A stretch of DNA of 58,630 bases from a virus. Taxonomy: Duplodnaviria > Caudoviricetes. Under the pieces are notes generated by a model. It saw only the letters and a list, made by a program, of their open reading frames with translations, was not told where the DNA came from and ran no database searches. The DNA lies in IMG/VR virus record IMGVR_UViG_3300027861_000034, positions 1 to 58,630 of that record; one strand, 5' to 3'. Made by a program: the position numbers and the translations under genes. Below, piece by piece: positions 30,801 to 39,629 of the stretch. Numbering within the stretch: the stretch's first letter is position 1; every line of letters starts with the position of its first letter.

Positions 30801-30941
30801 AAACGCTGTATCATACATATCCACTTGACTTGGTGTAAGTTCTGCATTGAGTTTTCTATCCCAATAATCCCTAATACCATTTGTTAAGCCTATGCTCTCC
30901 GGCTTGCCTTGTATTGCACTCCACTCTTCATTAACTGGCAT
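24807..30941 (-). CDS. Large internal virion/ejection protein (gp16 position, polyvalent-protein-like)
   Basis: 2044 aa, helical; Gly/Ala hydrophobic segment and EG.EEG.Q motif; position after gp14/gp15 equivalents. Confidence 0.75.
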   Translation of the reverse strand: MPVNEEWSAIQGKPESIGLTNGIRDYWDRKLNAELTPSQVDMYDTAFDGIDTKMPSNLSEGQYLFDNRDKVELSNKELQSLQVRMGQLRQMEDTKKMFSDHMYVDQYTGVDTSMIEDTDARKEMQSKSALTKFILNSNDPALRSIQEKGEEYVYDNILPIMNSAFNVNEGIAEHYDAVSGIVGGGRGDFTLQFEQLWNNSADRYDFNEAMAGAVSSDNMEQIDSLLASQSKFQLQVPYDTSVGEFAGTMTDSMLFMGRSAFDPDNLLAIGAGAGAGSATGIGALAGAGWGWRAGFTHNNYQQYRGETYAMMRNEGISHEISSHISVGAGVIMAGVENIGMAHEFGAGDLIKGYVKEFGKDAIIAMSKEGVEASFKGYIKKATTKGALKGVVVEGLKEGVEEGIQTATQFTAVEAGKVREDNPNITSLEMINKALEADWTEAQKEEMEKAVVFGMLGGQMMSAGGHVMKTTADKMGLSGRVKANTEFNARRANEMAVYKKKLATLVDKKEETTEGETKEKPVTVDVGNDRQSLTDRINFENAMGDVEIDVWYSTIEQIANEARAVSGMLPTDSMSRAQLLLESGLDEDTAKPLTLDGLSAIVANNRAEGIMPVAYVEAFNEKLREATPDEYTVDMAETEVKMREQLPAMMDRYKAGVGSARDIIMVEALDREGVIINSNGDVDGLYNPTQLIGAIETDAKSTVKTQLEKAGDHVIKSLGKKMGLDESAGRVDVIAKQLERLDHITEADGLSQAMVSWVRSNFGEDTVVVDGKKNTLSSLIESGTLTEDEAKKLIRDSGMNIDEVTDTVLKSVSARGLTRDGMIHLYYGYDASTVIEESSEMAYKGMMAQDSNWDMKITAERVGWRNHLKKLIEGTTGKEKADYQELLRKNETQSNVEWTSDRAVEWRLEVKPMHKTLGMDIRSFFNAIQAMKNYIVGRALALRKFKESGKMSREFKQFLDSFEKVDTTQTKKQLSSELPTNVKVKLKATGDYDIETNTNIYTAVVPLNVDGVIGDYEVEFRKFSTETYPRGEWRAEFTDENGSVHNIGGEYATSRSNAIDAVKSVAENNIISLDGDDFVIYTKDQFDATQPVQTDVTAQLDMAVPYEEWLDGRESTLDTIHDYELELEARTKELNKVMAKINDAEDILKYVSNGTLKKISDLETAKGDALFTARQNKRALGIEEGKRRRRDKRIAKMRKQQATKTELMDELNRLNKGWRARNVNEKKLVASAIGKINKAGEKLGRDIYEETIQKIEDIKASIERDGISAKIDKLFDKYRPKSGEGKFGGGQRGADIHTFLTEAERIFNLSQEEYAKELNTAVDSGDNAKVSMLNTFNQLGGMDSVRLEQIAELVEYTVRQGVLAKKAIAFMDEGRKKWASDAIVKSMQGGTGKPRAKGKDWVIKLGNSMGWNQNIRSLMDRLDAVGGLFEGTASEFVMRNINKMTNTLSKNLRTQQDIMSAMVAKHIGKDGELNVKTLESFRKSKETGILVDGKDLKISAGDAITIRNLAKNEAGRKALEKSKFTDETIKQVEEYLATFKGAVALADDMLVFYREYYPRINEVFVNVNGVNLKQEENYTPLRRSYIADQEVTDLLKKTGAMDATGLVNKALVDRVENDNSIDMENMDAFDIMTSHVMMMENYIAKTEGMKEIREVIQGEDVQKWVKHYFGNETNVLINKLFTKFEAEGIQNVMRIPVLDAWINGFIRSKMALNLGAFTKQLTSAMAYMIEMPPTEWGVRTSEFFARPDLWKERMKELTESSEMMEDRYKANNINEALRNLEQSHQFTEFSAKSTTKSLENWAMSPTKLGDKIAIVSGGWAMYSYKKDQYIKKGMSEADAKAKAIEDFEIITSHMQQSGKSKDLGMLQQSGTFSKLFTMFNNSQLSYLRMAMSGASAIAKGKGSKAQNAGAIVMSQMILPWMFAGGGLLNAVMMGSMGAERDDAIERDLTMLMFAPLTSSGIPIVRDMVSASAYAMAGLPKPPFLGQTSISGSMYRFGMFANMLRDEEWLESMMQLTHVIAEPLGLPSVHMYNMIEDSYEVIDNAK

Positions 30942-33095
30942 TTACTTAGTCTCCTCGTATTCTTTTTTGATGTCTCTAATTGAATCACTTATAGCTGTAT
31001 TCTGTATAGTGGCTTCTTTTTCGGGAATCAAAAGCTCAACAAACTCAAGTAATTTAACTGCTACAGGAGTTCCATACTCAACTGCTATCTCACTTGCCAT
31101 GTCAGCTAGTCCAGCACCACCACTTGTGATAGATTCAGAAATCTTATCTAGGTTAATACCTGCACTCTTTAAATTCTTATTCCATCTCTTTCCTTTATCA
31201 GTCATTTCTTCTGATCGCTCACTTGCCATTTCACTTATCTTATTTGACACCTTACTAGCAATTGCCTTTACTGTGTGAGTACTAAAAACCTCTGTCTTGC
31301 TGGCTTCTTCACTTGCTTTATCAGCATCAACATCAGCCTGTAGCTCTCTAGCTATAGTCTCTTCACCCCTAGCTTTAGCTGTATTAACCTTAGTTTGACC
31401 GGCTACAGTAAGGCTACTATATGACTGTTGGTTGCGCTTCTTAATGGACTCTTTCATCTTGTACTCAAGTTCATTATCTTTCAGCTCATCAGTGATGCGT
31501 TTAGCTATTTCCATCTTCTTTTCAATAGTAGCATCCGCACCTAGAGCAGAAACCTCAGTGTAGTAATCATTCATAGCCTGTGTGTTAGCAGACATAGCCT
31601 CTAGTTTCTCATCGTCATCAGCGTCCTCCAGTAACTCTTTGCCGATAACATCAAAAGTATTCTTAATATGAGTCTCAGCGGTATCTAGTTGATCAGACAG
31701 AAGTCTGCCAGCCCTCTCAATAGTTTGAGTAGCACGCTCTCTGTCAGCAGTTGTTAGCAAGTCTTTGTTTTCATTAACCACTCCCTGTAGCTTTACAAGT
31801 GCAGTTGAAGCCACATCCGGATCAATACCAGCTGTAGTAACAATTCGCATAGCATCAACACCAGCCTGTTTAACCGCATCCCTTGACTTAGCTACATTCC
31901 CTACGTTAACCTCAGCCTTAGCAGACTTTGCAGACTTTGGGAATAACTTGTTTTTAAGAGTAATATACTGAGCACCTGTTATCTCACCATCTTTCATCTT
32001 CTGCTTAAGTTGCCCAGCCTCGTTATCAATCGTATGACCATCCGCGCTCTCAACAGCCATAACAACACTCTCCCCAAGGTCTGCGTAGTTCCTAGTCTGC
32101 AATTGTGTTTTGCGTGACTCTATCTTATCTCTATACTCCCTCTTGGCCTCATTGGATATTTTATTGTAAGATTCGCTTTCATCTTTTTTTAGCTCATTAG
32201 ACATGTACTCTAAACTAGCAACAGTAGCATCGGGGTTTGTAAGTGCGTACTGAACTCTACTGCTTTGAAAATCACCAAGCAGTGCCTCTTTCTCTTGTGG
32301 TGTAAACGAAATAACCTTGGACTCCTCCAGCATAACAATGTTCTCTTTGAATATTAAATTAGCACTTTCTCCATCATCCATAGGCAACAGCATATCTTTT
32401 GTTTTTGATATAGACTGCCTAGCATCCATCGCATTTCTCTCCGCTATACCATTAACCTCTTTAGTCATATACTCATTCATAAATACAGACTTGGTTAACT
32501 GATCACCCATTGTGTCATTAATATTATTCGCAACTAGTTTCGGTGTTTTTTCATCATCAGCATACTTTGCCATAGTTGAAGAATACGCATCCCATGCTCT
32601 AGCAGAAGCCCCTTTGAAATCACCCGACTTCATAGACTTAACAAACGAAGCCTCAGCACTAGCCTTAGCCTCAGAACTAACCATACGCCCATAGTTCTTT
32701 GCATAGGCATTACCAACATCAACACCTCGCTCATAAGACGAAAGAAGGTTCTGCCCTACATTCTGCTTCTCAGTAGGTGTTAGTAGTTGCTTTGTTCCAC
32801 CAAGGGCGTTGTGTGTCTCTTTTGCAAACTTACCAAAATCAAAACCTCCAGCATCTTTGGCATTTACACCACCACTAGCAATTGCACCTGTGTCCTCTGA
32901 TGTCTGACCGCTGAAACCTGCATATAGCCCAGCTCCTACAGCTATACCAACATTCCCCACTATCTTTGTGAAATCATCATCTAGCTCTTTTGATTTGCGT
33001 TGAGCACTCATTATAAGATTAGTGTTTCTCTCAAACCCTCCACTAGCCTCACCAGCGTAAGACCTTGGGGCTGATTGATTCCTCTTAATTCTCAT
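30942..33095 (-). CDS. Internal virion protein (gp15 position)
   Basis: 717 aa, helical; synteny. Confidence 0.65.
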   Translation of the reverse strand: MRIKRNQSAPRSYAGEASGGFERNTNLIMSAQRKSKELDDDFTKIVGNVGIAVGAGLYAGFSGQTSEDTGAIASGGVNAKDAGGFDFGKFAKETHNALGGTKQLLTPTEKQNVGQNLLSSYERGVDVGNAYAKNYGRMVSSEAKASAEASFVKSMKSGDFKGASARAWDAYSSTMAKYADDEKTPKLVANNINDTMGDQLTKSVFMNEYMTKEVNGIAERNAMDARQSISKTKDMLLPMDDGESANLIFKENIVMLEESKVISFTPQEKEALLGDFQSSRVQYALTNPDATVASLEYMSNELKKDESESYNKISNEAKREYRDKIESRKTQLQTRNYADLGESVVMAVESADGHTIDNEAGQLKQKMKDGEITGAQYITLKNKLFPKSAKSAKAEVNVGNVAKSRDAVKQAGVDAMRIVTTAGIDPDVASTALVKLQGVVNENKDLLTTADRERATQTIERAGRLLSDQLDTAETHIKNTFDVIGKELLEDADDDEKLEAMSANTQAMNDYYTEVSALGADATIEKKMEIAKRITDELKDNELEYKMKESIKKRNQQSYSSLTVAGQTKVNTAKARGEETIARELQADVDADKASEEASKTEVFSTHTVKAIASKVSNKISEMASERSEEMTDKGKRWNKNLKSAGINLDKISESITSGGAGLADMASEIAVEYGTPVAVKLLEFVELLIPEKEATIQNTAISDSIRDIKKEYEETK

Positions 33096-33109
33096 TATAT
33101 ATATCTCCT

Positions 33110-33790
33110 TTATGCGTAGTTTGAGTAGCTTTGTGAACCGACTCCGCTACCTTGTGATTGACTTTCTGTAAATCCTCCCGATCTAGGCTCTGAGTTAAAT
33201 GAGCTCTCATACCTGCTATTAACTGACTTGCTATATTCTGAATAGGATTGAGCTTGCGGTTGAGATTGCTTTGAGGCATACCCTTTAACTGCTTGAGCAC
33301 CCATACCAATAAAGAAATTCCTTACAACTTGTTTGCGTTGATACTTCTGCATAGTCGCACCGTACTCAAATTCAGATGCTTGATTTAGCAAACCTCTCTG
33401 TGTTAGCTTTGATTGATACCGCATTTCACCAGCCTTATTTAAGCCATCGTCAAATATTTCATTTACATTCAGCCTAGAAGTAATATCATTCTCCTCTTCT
33501 ATTTTTAATGGCGACCCCTCGGTAAGAGACACCCCACTGCCAGCCATCATTGCTCGGTTCTTCTCCATGATCTTGCGATCATTACTCCTCACTCTTCTAG
33601 CTCTCTCAATTGCATCCTTTTCTGTGGCATCAGACCCTCTCTCTCCACGTTCTCTTTCTTCCTCAGCTAACTGTCTTTGGTATTGAGCTTGAGTTTCTAG
33701 CTCTTTTTGCTCCATCTTTGATGTCTCAAGAGATTGAATCATACCCATAGTATCAGTTGCGCCTTTTGCTATTAAAGCCACCCAACCCAT
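33110..33790 (-). CDS. Internal virion protein (gp14-like)
   Basis: Coiled coil; A.SGV.L.EGSP motif; follows the GNAT. Confidence 0.75.
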   Translation of the reverse strand: MGWVALIAKGATDTMGMIQSLETSKMEQKELETQAQYQRQLAEEERERGERGSDATEKDAIERARRVRSNDRKIMEKNRAMMAGSGVSLTEGSPLKIEEENDITSRLNVNEIFDDGLNKAGEMRYQSKLTQRGLLNQASEFEYGATMQKYQRKQVVRNFFIGMGAQAVKGYASKQSQPQAQSYSEYSKSVNSRYESSFNSEPRSGGFTESQSQGSGVGSQSYSNYA

Positions 33791-33791
33791 A

Positions 33792-34259
33792 TTAACTCTC
33801 CTTGTTTTTTATTAAAATACTCACGCTTGATCCATCTTCGTAGAAGCCATCAATCTCACATGTAAAATCAAATCCAAAGTGCACAGCAAGTTTCGTTGCC
33901 GTACTGTTCTCCGATGCTATAAATGCCATAAGTGTTTCAACTCCTAGTTCAAAGCAAAAATTCATACACCTTCTTGATATTGCTATAACATCGTCAACCC
34001 TCTTTAATACCCCCATATGCAAATCAGCTGTAACAGGAGTTCTGTACTCCAACCCGAAATACAGAACTATCTCACCATCAACTCCTACATAAAACAACCG
34101 AACATTATCCTTATTGACCATTTCTTTAAATGAATTAGCTGAAGGTAATGCTCCGTAAAAACAGCTCATATCTCCATCTGTATGAGCTATTGTGTCATAA
34201 ATAAAATCAATCTCTTTATCAGTAATCACCTCACCAATCAAAATACCCATGTTAAACAC
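33792..34259 (-). CDS. GNAT acetyltransferase-like protein (T7 gp13 position)
   Basis: EN..A.KL..HFGF motif; synteny. Confidence 0.75.
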   Translation of the reverse strand: MFNMGILIGEVITDKEIDFIYDTIAHTDGDMSCFYGALPSANSFKEMVNKDNVRLFYVGVDGEIVLYFGLEYRTPVTADLHMGVLKRVDDVIAISRRCMNFCFELGVETLMAFIASENSTATKLAVHFGFDFTCEIDGFYEDGSSVSILIKNKES

Positions 34260-36531
34260 CTATTGATATTGGCGATACAAAACCTAGTATCTCCAGTGGT
34301 TGCGGTTTATCTTGAACTAAGTAAGGGGCATATTCCTCTTTGTGTCTACCACTTATCGGAATACTGTATACACCTGTAAACGCTTTTAGCGGTGTTCCCA
34401 TAGCTCCATTTGTTTGAACAACCCTAACTCGCTCAAGGTTTTCTAGGTTCGGCCCAGCTAACATGCCTACTGAGTCCTTAACTTTAACCTCAAGTTTACT
34501 CATCTTCTTTTTAGCATTCTGATTAGATTGCATCCCATCGCTCACATCTGTACTCATTGGTTGTGCATATGATATATAAGGCAATCCGACATTAACCTTA
34601 GAGTATTTTCTATCAAGAGTGATCTCGCCACCTGTCACAACCTTACTAGGGTGATTACCACCATCAGCCATAATAGCTACTGTCTCTCCCTCTAGGTGAG
34701 CTAATCCACTTACTGTATTAGTAGGTGTTAGGTACTCTCCAGTTAAGCCACAATCTACAAAGAACCAATCACTCTGATCTTTAATCTTATCTCGATCCTC
34801 CATTTTCTCTAGGAATATACTTGTTACTCCACTAATAGTCCTTTCTATGGCGAAATACACCGTATCAGTATCGACTCCTTTTAGAACACAAGCTGATTTA
34901 TACTGACCATCCGTGTCGAACTTAGACCATCCATAAATATTTTGCTCTTGATCATAGGTCATTAGAGCAACTGTACCATTATTTAAAACCAAATACAATT
35001 CAGAGTACGGGTTCTGTTTGTATACAACCTGCCTTATACCGGATTCCAGTAGTTCTGCACCTGCTAGAGCATTGAGATTTTGTGATTTTAGCTTGTCGGC
35101 TTCAAAGCTGTAGCTCATTGAACGAGTCTTCTTGGTATCTCTTGCAACAAAGACAAGGACATCTGATACCGTTATTGCTTGAACATTGCTTGAACCTTCT
35201 GCGCCCTCTTTAGTTGCCTTTACATTGTCACCTGCTAATGGATCAGCTTCATCCAGTGGAGCTAATTTATATTCATTACCACTTGTACCAATAACCAAGG
35301 TTCCTTGTTCCTCCATCCATCGGATAGACTCTGAAGTATTCAGCTTATAACTCATTGCATCATACGTACTGTTTGAGCTTTGAAAGTTTTCCCACTCATC
35401 AACCTTTGACAGAAATACCTTGTTAGGTTGCGATAGCGTGCCTCCTAAGCACATTCGTTCATTCCACAGCGCGATAGCCGTAGGATAGCCCGAAGCCTCT
35501 GAGAATGCGTTGAAAGCCCAATCAGCGGTAGCTGTAGTAGCATCACAGTCAACTAATATGTTAGCTGTCACTCGAGTTGGTGAAGTATAGGCCGTAATCT
35601 TAGCCACTCCATACACAAAGAAATCATCAACGGTTAAGGTAGCGGTACAAGAAGTAGCTCCGTACACCCGCATCTCTACGCCATCGTTCTTCTCATCACC
35701 TTCATCAATATAATTATTATCCTTTGAGGCATTATACGATCTAAACTCAGCCTGTGTACCACCATTAACCCTACGGTATATTTTAACTGTACCTGTCCAT
35801 GTTCCCCTTGTAGAGAAATCCCACTTACCCTTAACCTTTATCCAAGGACTATATGAAGCACTTGAAGCTGTAGTAGTCGAATCAGTACGAATCTGCTTAA
35901 GCTCAATTGACCTGTCTACATCTGTAGCCGAAAATAGATTACCGGAAGCTGTCAGAGTTATTCCTGTTCCACTCGTAGCACTTGGCGTAATAGTTGTAGA
36001 TGTAAGGTTGTACGTTAAAAATGGCCCCTTTGCATAGTCAATTTCTGTAAGACTCCAATCGGTCTCAGAATTACGAACTAGCTTTTGAGGCGGTACATCG
36101 GGATGAACCAACCACATAGTATCAGCCTCTTGATGAAACTGAATACCGTGTATCTGATCATTTGTCCAAGGCGAAGATAAGAAGTATTCACTCAAGTCTA
36201 CCTCGAACCCGTTACTGAATCCATCACTGAATCCACCGGCAACGCCTCCGGAACCTATAACAGCATCGTTACTAACTATCTTTATCTTGTTGTTGAAAAA
36301 CATCAAAGCATAAGACTGATTAATATTGTACTGGAAAGTAATTAACCTCATATCAGTAGACTGCTCATCTGTTACAAAGTATGTGCCTGCTCTATTCTGC
36401 AAAGCTCCATACGGTAACAAGTGAAAGTTAGAAATAGCCTGTAGAGAGTTATGATACTTCTCTAACTCCGGCCTACCCCTAAGATACGATGAGAAATACC
36501 CACCGTTAAAACTGTTTATACAAAACGCCAT
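34252..36531 (-). CDS. Tail tubular protein B / nozzle
   Basis: SFNGG..S..L.GR, N....YG....RAGT, Q.AD, GL.HLEGETV..MADG, VGLPY motifs. Confidence 0.9.
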   Translation of the reverse strand: MAFCINSFNGGYFSSYLRGRPELEKYHNSLQAISNFHLLPYGALQNRAGTYFVTDEQSTDMRLITFQYNINQSYALMFFNNKIKIVSNDAVIGSGGVAGGFSDGFSNGFEVDLSEYFLSSPWTNDQIHGIQFHQEADTMWLVHPDVPPQKLVRNSETDWSLTEIDYAKGPFLTYNLTSTTITPSATSGTGITLTASGNLFSATDVDRSIELKQIRTDSTTTASSASYSPWIKVKGKWDFSTRGTWTGTVKIYRRVNGGTQAEFRSYNASKDNNYIDEGDEKNDGVEMRVYGATSCTATLTVDDFFVYGVAKITAYTSPTRVTANILVDCDATTATADWAFNAFSEASGYPTAIALWNERMCLGGTLSQPNKVFLSKVDEWENFQSSNSTYDAMSYKLNTSESIRWMEEQGTLVIGTSGNEYKLAPLDEADPLAGDNVKATKEGAEGSSNVQAITVSDVLVFVARDTKKTRSMSYSFEADKLKSQNLNALAGAELLESGIRQVVYKQNPYSELYLVLNNGTVALMTYDQEQNIYGWSKFDTDGQYKSACVLKGVDTDTVYFAIERTISGVTSIFLEKMEDRDKIKDQSDWFFVDCGLTGEYLTPTNTVSGLAHLEGETVAIMADGGNHPSKVVTGGEITLDRKYSKVNVGLPYISYAQPMSTDVSDGMQSNQNAKKKMSKLEVKVKDSVGMLAGPNLENLERVRVVQTNGAMGTPLKAFTGVYSIPISGRHKEEYAPYLVQDKPQPLEILGFVSPISIGV

Positions 36532-36539
36532 AATTCCTC

Positions 36540-37187
36540 CTATGAATTAACATCCACTATTCCGATACTGATCGAACTGTCACCCTCGTAGAATCGACCA
36601 TTAACCATATAACCACCAAGTACTGTAGACTCTTCAATAACTGGACTCTTACCTTCGTTGGCATCAATAAACATAGCGTTAGGTCTAACCTCTTGCGTAT
36701 AAATCTGCTGGTAGTACTGAGCCAATGACTGACCTTCTACACCTAGAAGAGGAATAGCAATACGAGACGCAAGCAATGTCGCAATACAGCTAACCACATG
36801 CGATGGAATCTTTGTTATGTTCTCCTCTTTGTACAAGTACTTAATAGTACAGCTTGAGCTATCAATCATCAACTCATTACCCCTACGCTCCCATTCCGGA
36901 TCAGTATTCCCTACTCTTTCAATGTTCAAAACCCTTAGTGTCTTCGGTGTGTTCGGTATCGCAAAACTATTTGTAAACCCTATAGGAGTTGTAATAGTCT
37001 CCTTTAGTTCCTTTGTAGATGTACAGAAATTCCAAGGAAACTCCGTGCAAACCTCTTCATATGTGTCTTCAAAATACGTGTTAAGTACACGCTCAACCTG
37101 TTCCGTGGGATTAGAAAAGCTCTGCACCTCTGCTTCTCCCAACTTACCTAAAGCCATATTCGCTATAGCCGTTCTCGACTTTGCCAT
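36540..37187 (-). CDS. Tail tubular protein A / adaptor
   Basis: IANMALGKLG...PWNF...LASRIA.PL. Confidence 0.85.
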   Translation of the reverse strand: MAKSRTAIANMALGKLGEAEVQSFSNPTEQVERVLNTYFEDTYEEVCTEFPWNFCTSTKELKETITTPIGFTNSFAIPNTPKTLRVLNIERVGNTDPEWERRGNELMIDSSSCTIKYLYKEENITKIPSHVVSCIATLLASRIAIPLLGVEGQSLAQYYQQIYTQEVRPNAMFIDANEGKSPVIEESTVLGGYMVNGRFYEGDSSISIGIVDVNS

Positions 37188-37206
37188 AATTTACCTCCTT
37201 ATATAC

Positions 37207-37264
37207 AAAAAAGCCCACCCCAAAGTAACACGCCACCCAAACGTGAAACCCCAAGATGGGCTTT
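37207..37264 (-). terminator. Probable terminator after capsid/decoration genes
   Basis: AAAGCCCA...TGGGCTTT inverted repeat with a U tract on the minus strand. Confidence 0.55.
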
Positions 37265-37279
37265 AATTATTGAACTACT

Positions 37280-37597
37280 TTACGATGCAGTCCAGTACTC
37301 AAGCGTACCAGTGAATGCGTCACCAACAGCAACAGCACCACCCGCTTTGAATCCAATCCAGTAACCTGTCAGATCGTCACCTGCTGAGATAGCAGTATCA
37401 GTTCCAGCAGAATCTACCTTTACGATTACAGCGGAAGCAAGAATTGCCTCAGCCTCTAGCCCCACGAATGAAGCAACTTTTACAATGTCTCCAGTAGTCA
37501 TAGCAATTTGAGCCTCACCTTGAGTGAAGTCCATTTGCTTACGAGCACGCTCAAGACATGTAACGTAATTTGGTGTAATGTTTTCAAGAATAGCCAT
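37280..37597 (-). CDS. Putative capsid decoration/cement protein
   Basis: 105 aa, beta-rich, directly after the MCP. Confidence 0.55.
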   Translation of the reverse strand: MAILENITPNYVTCLERARKQMDFTQGEAQIAMTTGDIVKVASFVGLEAEAILASAVIVKVDSAGTDTAISAGDDLTGYWIGFKAGGAVAVGDAFTGTLEYWTAS

Positions 37598-37610
37598 TTT
37601 CTATATCTCC

Positions 37611-38534
37611 TTATTTAGCACATTGAACTTTGATAACTGCCTCATCGTACATACGAGCAGTTCCATGATCACATTTCATAAGAATCTGCGTAGCATCTGA
37701 CAGATCGTTACGAATCGACTTAGTAACTTTTAGGCCACCAGTAGACTTCTGTTTAGCGAAGTACATTGAACCCATTGCAACTGCATAGCAGTCATAAACG
37801 TCACCAGCTTCAGCAACATCGTTGTACTGAATGAACTCAAATCCCATGAATGAGTTAACTTCACCTTGTACAAGAGCTTTAACACTGTTGTAGTCAGCGG
37901 AAGTAATCTGAGGATCACCAAGCATTTGAGTGATATTGTCCGGATGACAGATCATGTAGTACTTACCAAGATCGTTAGCGTATTCCACATCAAGGCGGTT
38001 CTTAGCTCTACGTAGTTTGTCAACAGTAAGACCAACATTAGAAGTAGCTCCAGCTGATTCCCACGCTTGAGTAGTAGCGTTATACTGACCTTTAGGGCCA
38101 ATATCGTTAGTAGTAGGACGAGCTACAAGAGTAGTACCATCTTCACCTGTAAGAACCGGCTTATCAAGACCAGCGTAGATGATTGAGTCAACTGAACGGC
38201 GGTATGCTTTAGCACCTGCCTCAGTGTACATAGAACCGATATTGTGTGCTTGGCGAGCTACATCTTCATCATCAATGATAAATGCTTTCTCGTAAGGCTT
38301 ACAAGTGATAGTTCTACGTTTGTGGTCAGCTTCAGTAAGTTTCGTAACAGCGTGGCGACCTGTGCGCTCATCAAAGTTACCGATCTCACCTAGGAAGTCG
38401 TGCATTGTTTGTTTACCGTTATTCATAACTTCTTTACAAATCTTCAGTAGACGAGAGTCATTCTGTTGTAGGTCGTTCTTTACGCCTAGCTCGAATGCGA
38501 CATAGCGGTGTGTTTCACCATTATAGTTTGACAT
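37611..38534 (-). CDS. Major capsid protein (BPP-1-like HK97 fold)
   Basis: LQQ..SRL, ITSADYN.VKALV.GEVNSFMGF.F and G..R..E motifs. Confidence 0.9.
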   Translation of the reverse strand: MSNYNGETHRYVAFELGVKNDLQQNDSRLLKICKEVMNNGKQTMHDFLGEIGNFDERTGRHAVTKLTEADHKRRTITCKPYEKAFIIDDEDVARQAHNIGSMYTEAGAKAYRRSVDSIIYAGLDKPVLTGEDGTTLVARPTTNDIGPKGQYNATTQAWESAGATSNVGLTVDKLRRAKNRLDVEYANDLGKYYMICHPDNITQMLGDPQITSADYNSVKALVQGEVNSFMGFEFIQYNDVAEAGDVYDCYAVAMGSMYFAKQKSTGGLKVTKSIRNDLSDATQILMKCDHGTARMYDEAVIKVQCAK

Positions 38535-38754
38535 TGGGATTCTCCTTTTTGTTAATCCCTTTTACGTTTTGTCTACACTTGTAGACAGCGAATGGCATTT
38601 CTGCCGTTTGGGATTATCTCTCAAGAAGAGGTCGCCTATATTTTAAAACTGTTGTGGATTATGGGGTTTCAAAGAATTATCCCTCCACTGATATAAATAA
38701 AGAGAGGCTTAACCCGAAAGTCAAACCCCTAATCTAAATTTGTTTACAATTTAT

Positions 38755-39594
38755 TTAATTCTGATATTGAGCAATAATGGCATCAATCTTAGCTGATCCA
38801 CTCTCTTGAGTGATACGACCAGCCTTTACATCATTGTAGACTCCTTGAACTCGATCATCCATAGAACCTCCGCTGAATCCTTCTTGCGCCCCACCTTTCA
38901 GAACCTTATCTCCACTGATCAAAGAAGAGAACTTATCAAATGCCTTGATTACATTTACAGCATTGGCACCCAAACTATTAACGATGTCGTTTGTAATAAA
39001 CTCACCAGCTGGGTCAATCATACTGATCACATTCTTTGCATTTACAAGCATCTCATTAGCTCTTGGCTCACTTTGGAACGCAGTTATAGCTTCTTGCGTT
39101 TGAGTCTCTTTAGCTTCTTCCATTTGCGCCACAGTGCTCTGTACCACTTCTTGGTTAAGCTGGAATAGTTCACTGGCTACATCATTAGGTAAGTGACCTT
39201 TAAGTGCAAGCTCTGTGAATTTACTGAACGACTCATCAGCATTAAACCCTTCCGGCAAATCAATCTTATAGCCATCAGCTGTAACAGGTGCTCCAAGTTG
39301 CTCTCTGAATGCGTTTACCACTTCGGGAGAATCATTCTCAAAATCGGGGATACCATTCTTTTTACCCACCATTGCATTCTGATTTTTCATAGACTGCATA
39401 AACGATCCCATATCCTTGTGAACAGATACGAACCCTTCACCTCTGTACTCCTCCGGTAAGCTATCTATCCAGCTTGTTGGCGTTTCAGTAGCACCACCAG
39501 TATCAGTGACACCAGCAGTAGGTTGAACAGTAGCATCAGTAGCTACCTCGGTTGTTGCGGTTGGTTGCGGATCAGATGTTAATAAATCTGCCAT
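38755..39594 (-). CDS. Capsid scaffolding protein
   Basis: Low-complexity N-terminus; W..SLPEE, LG.P....GY motifs; upstream of MCP. Confidence 0.8.
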   Translation of the reverse strand: MADLLTSDPQPTATTEVATDATVQPTAGVTDTGGATETPTSWIDSLPEEYRGEGFVSVHKDMGSFMQSMKNQNAMVGKKNGIPDFENDSPEVVNAFREQLGAPVTADGYKIDLPEGFNADESFSKFTELALKGHLPNDVASELFQLNQEVVQSTVAQMEEAKETQTQEAITAFQSEPRANEMLVNAKNVISMIDPAGEFITNDIVNSLGANAVNVIKAFDKFSSLISGDKVLKGGAQEGFSGGSMDDRVQGVYNDVKAGRITQESGSAKIDAIIAQYQN

Positions 39595-39629
39595 TGTTAA
39601 CTCCTTTCTGTTGGGTGGTTTTTTTTAAC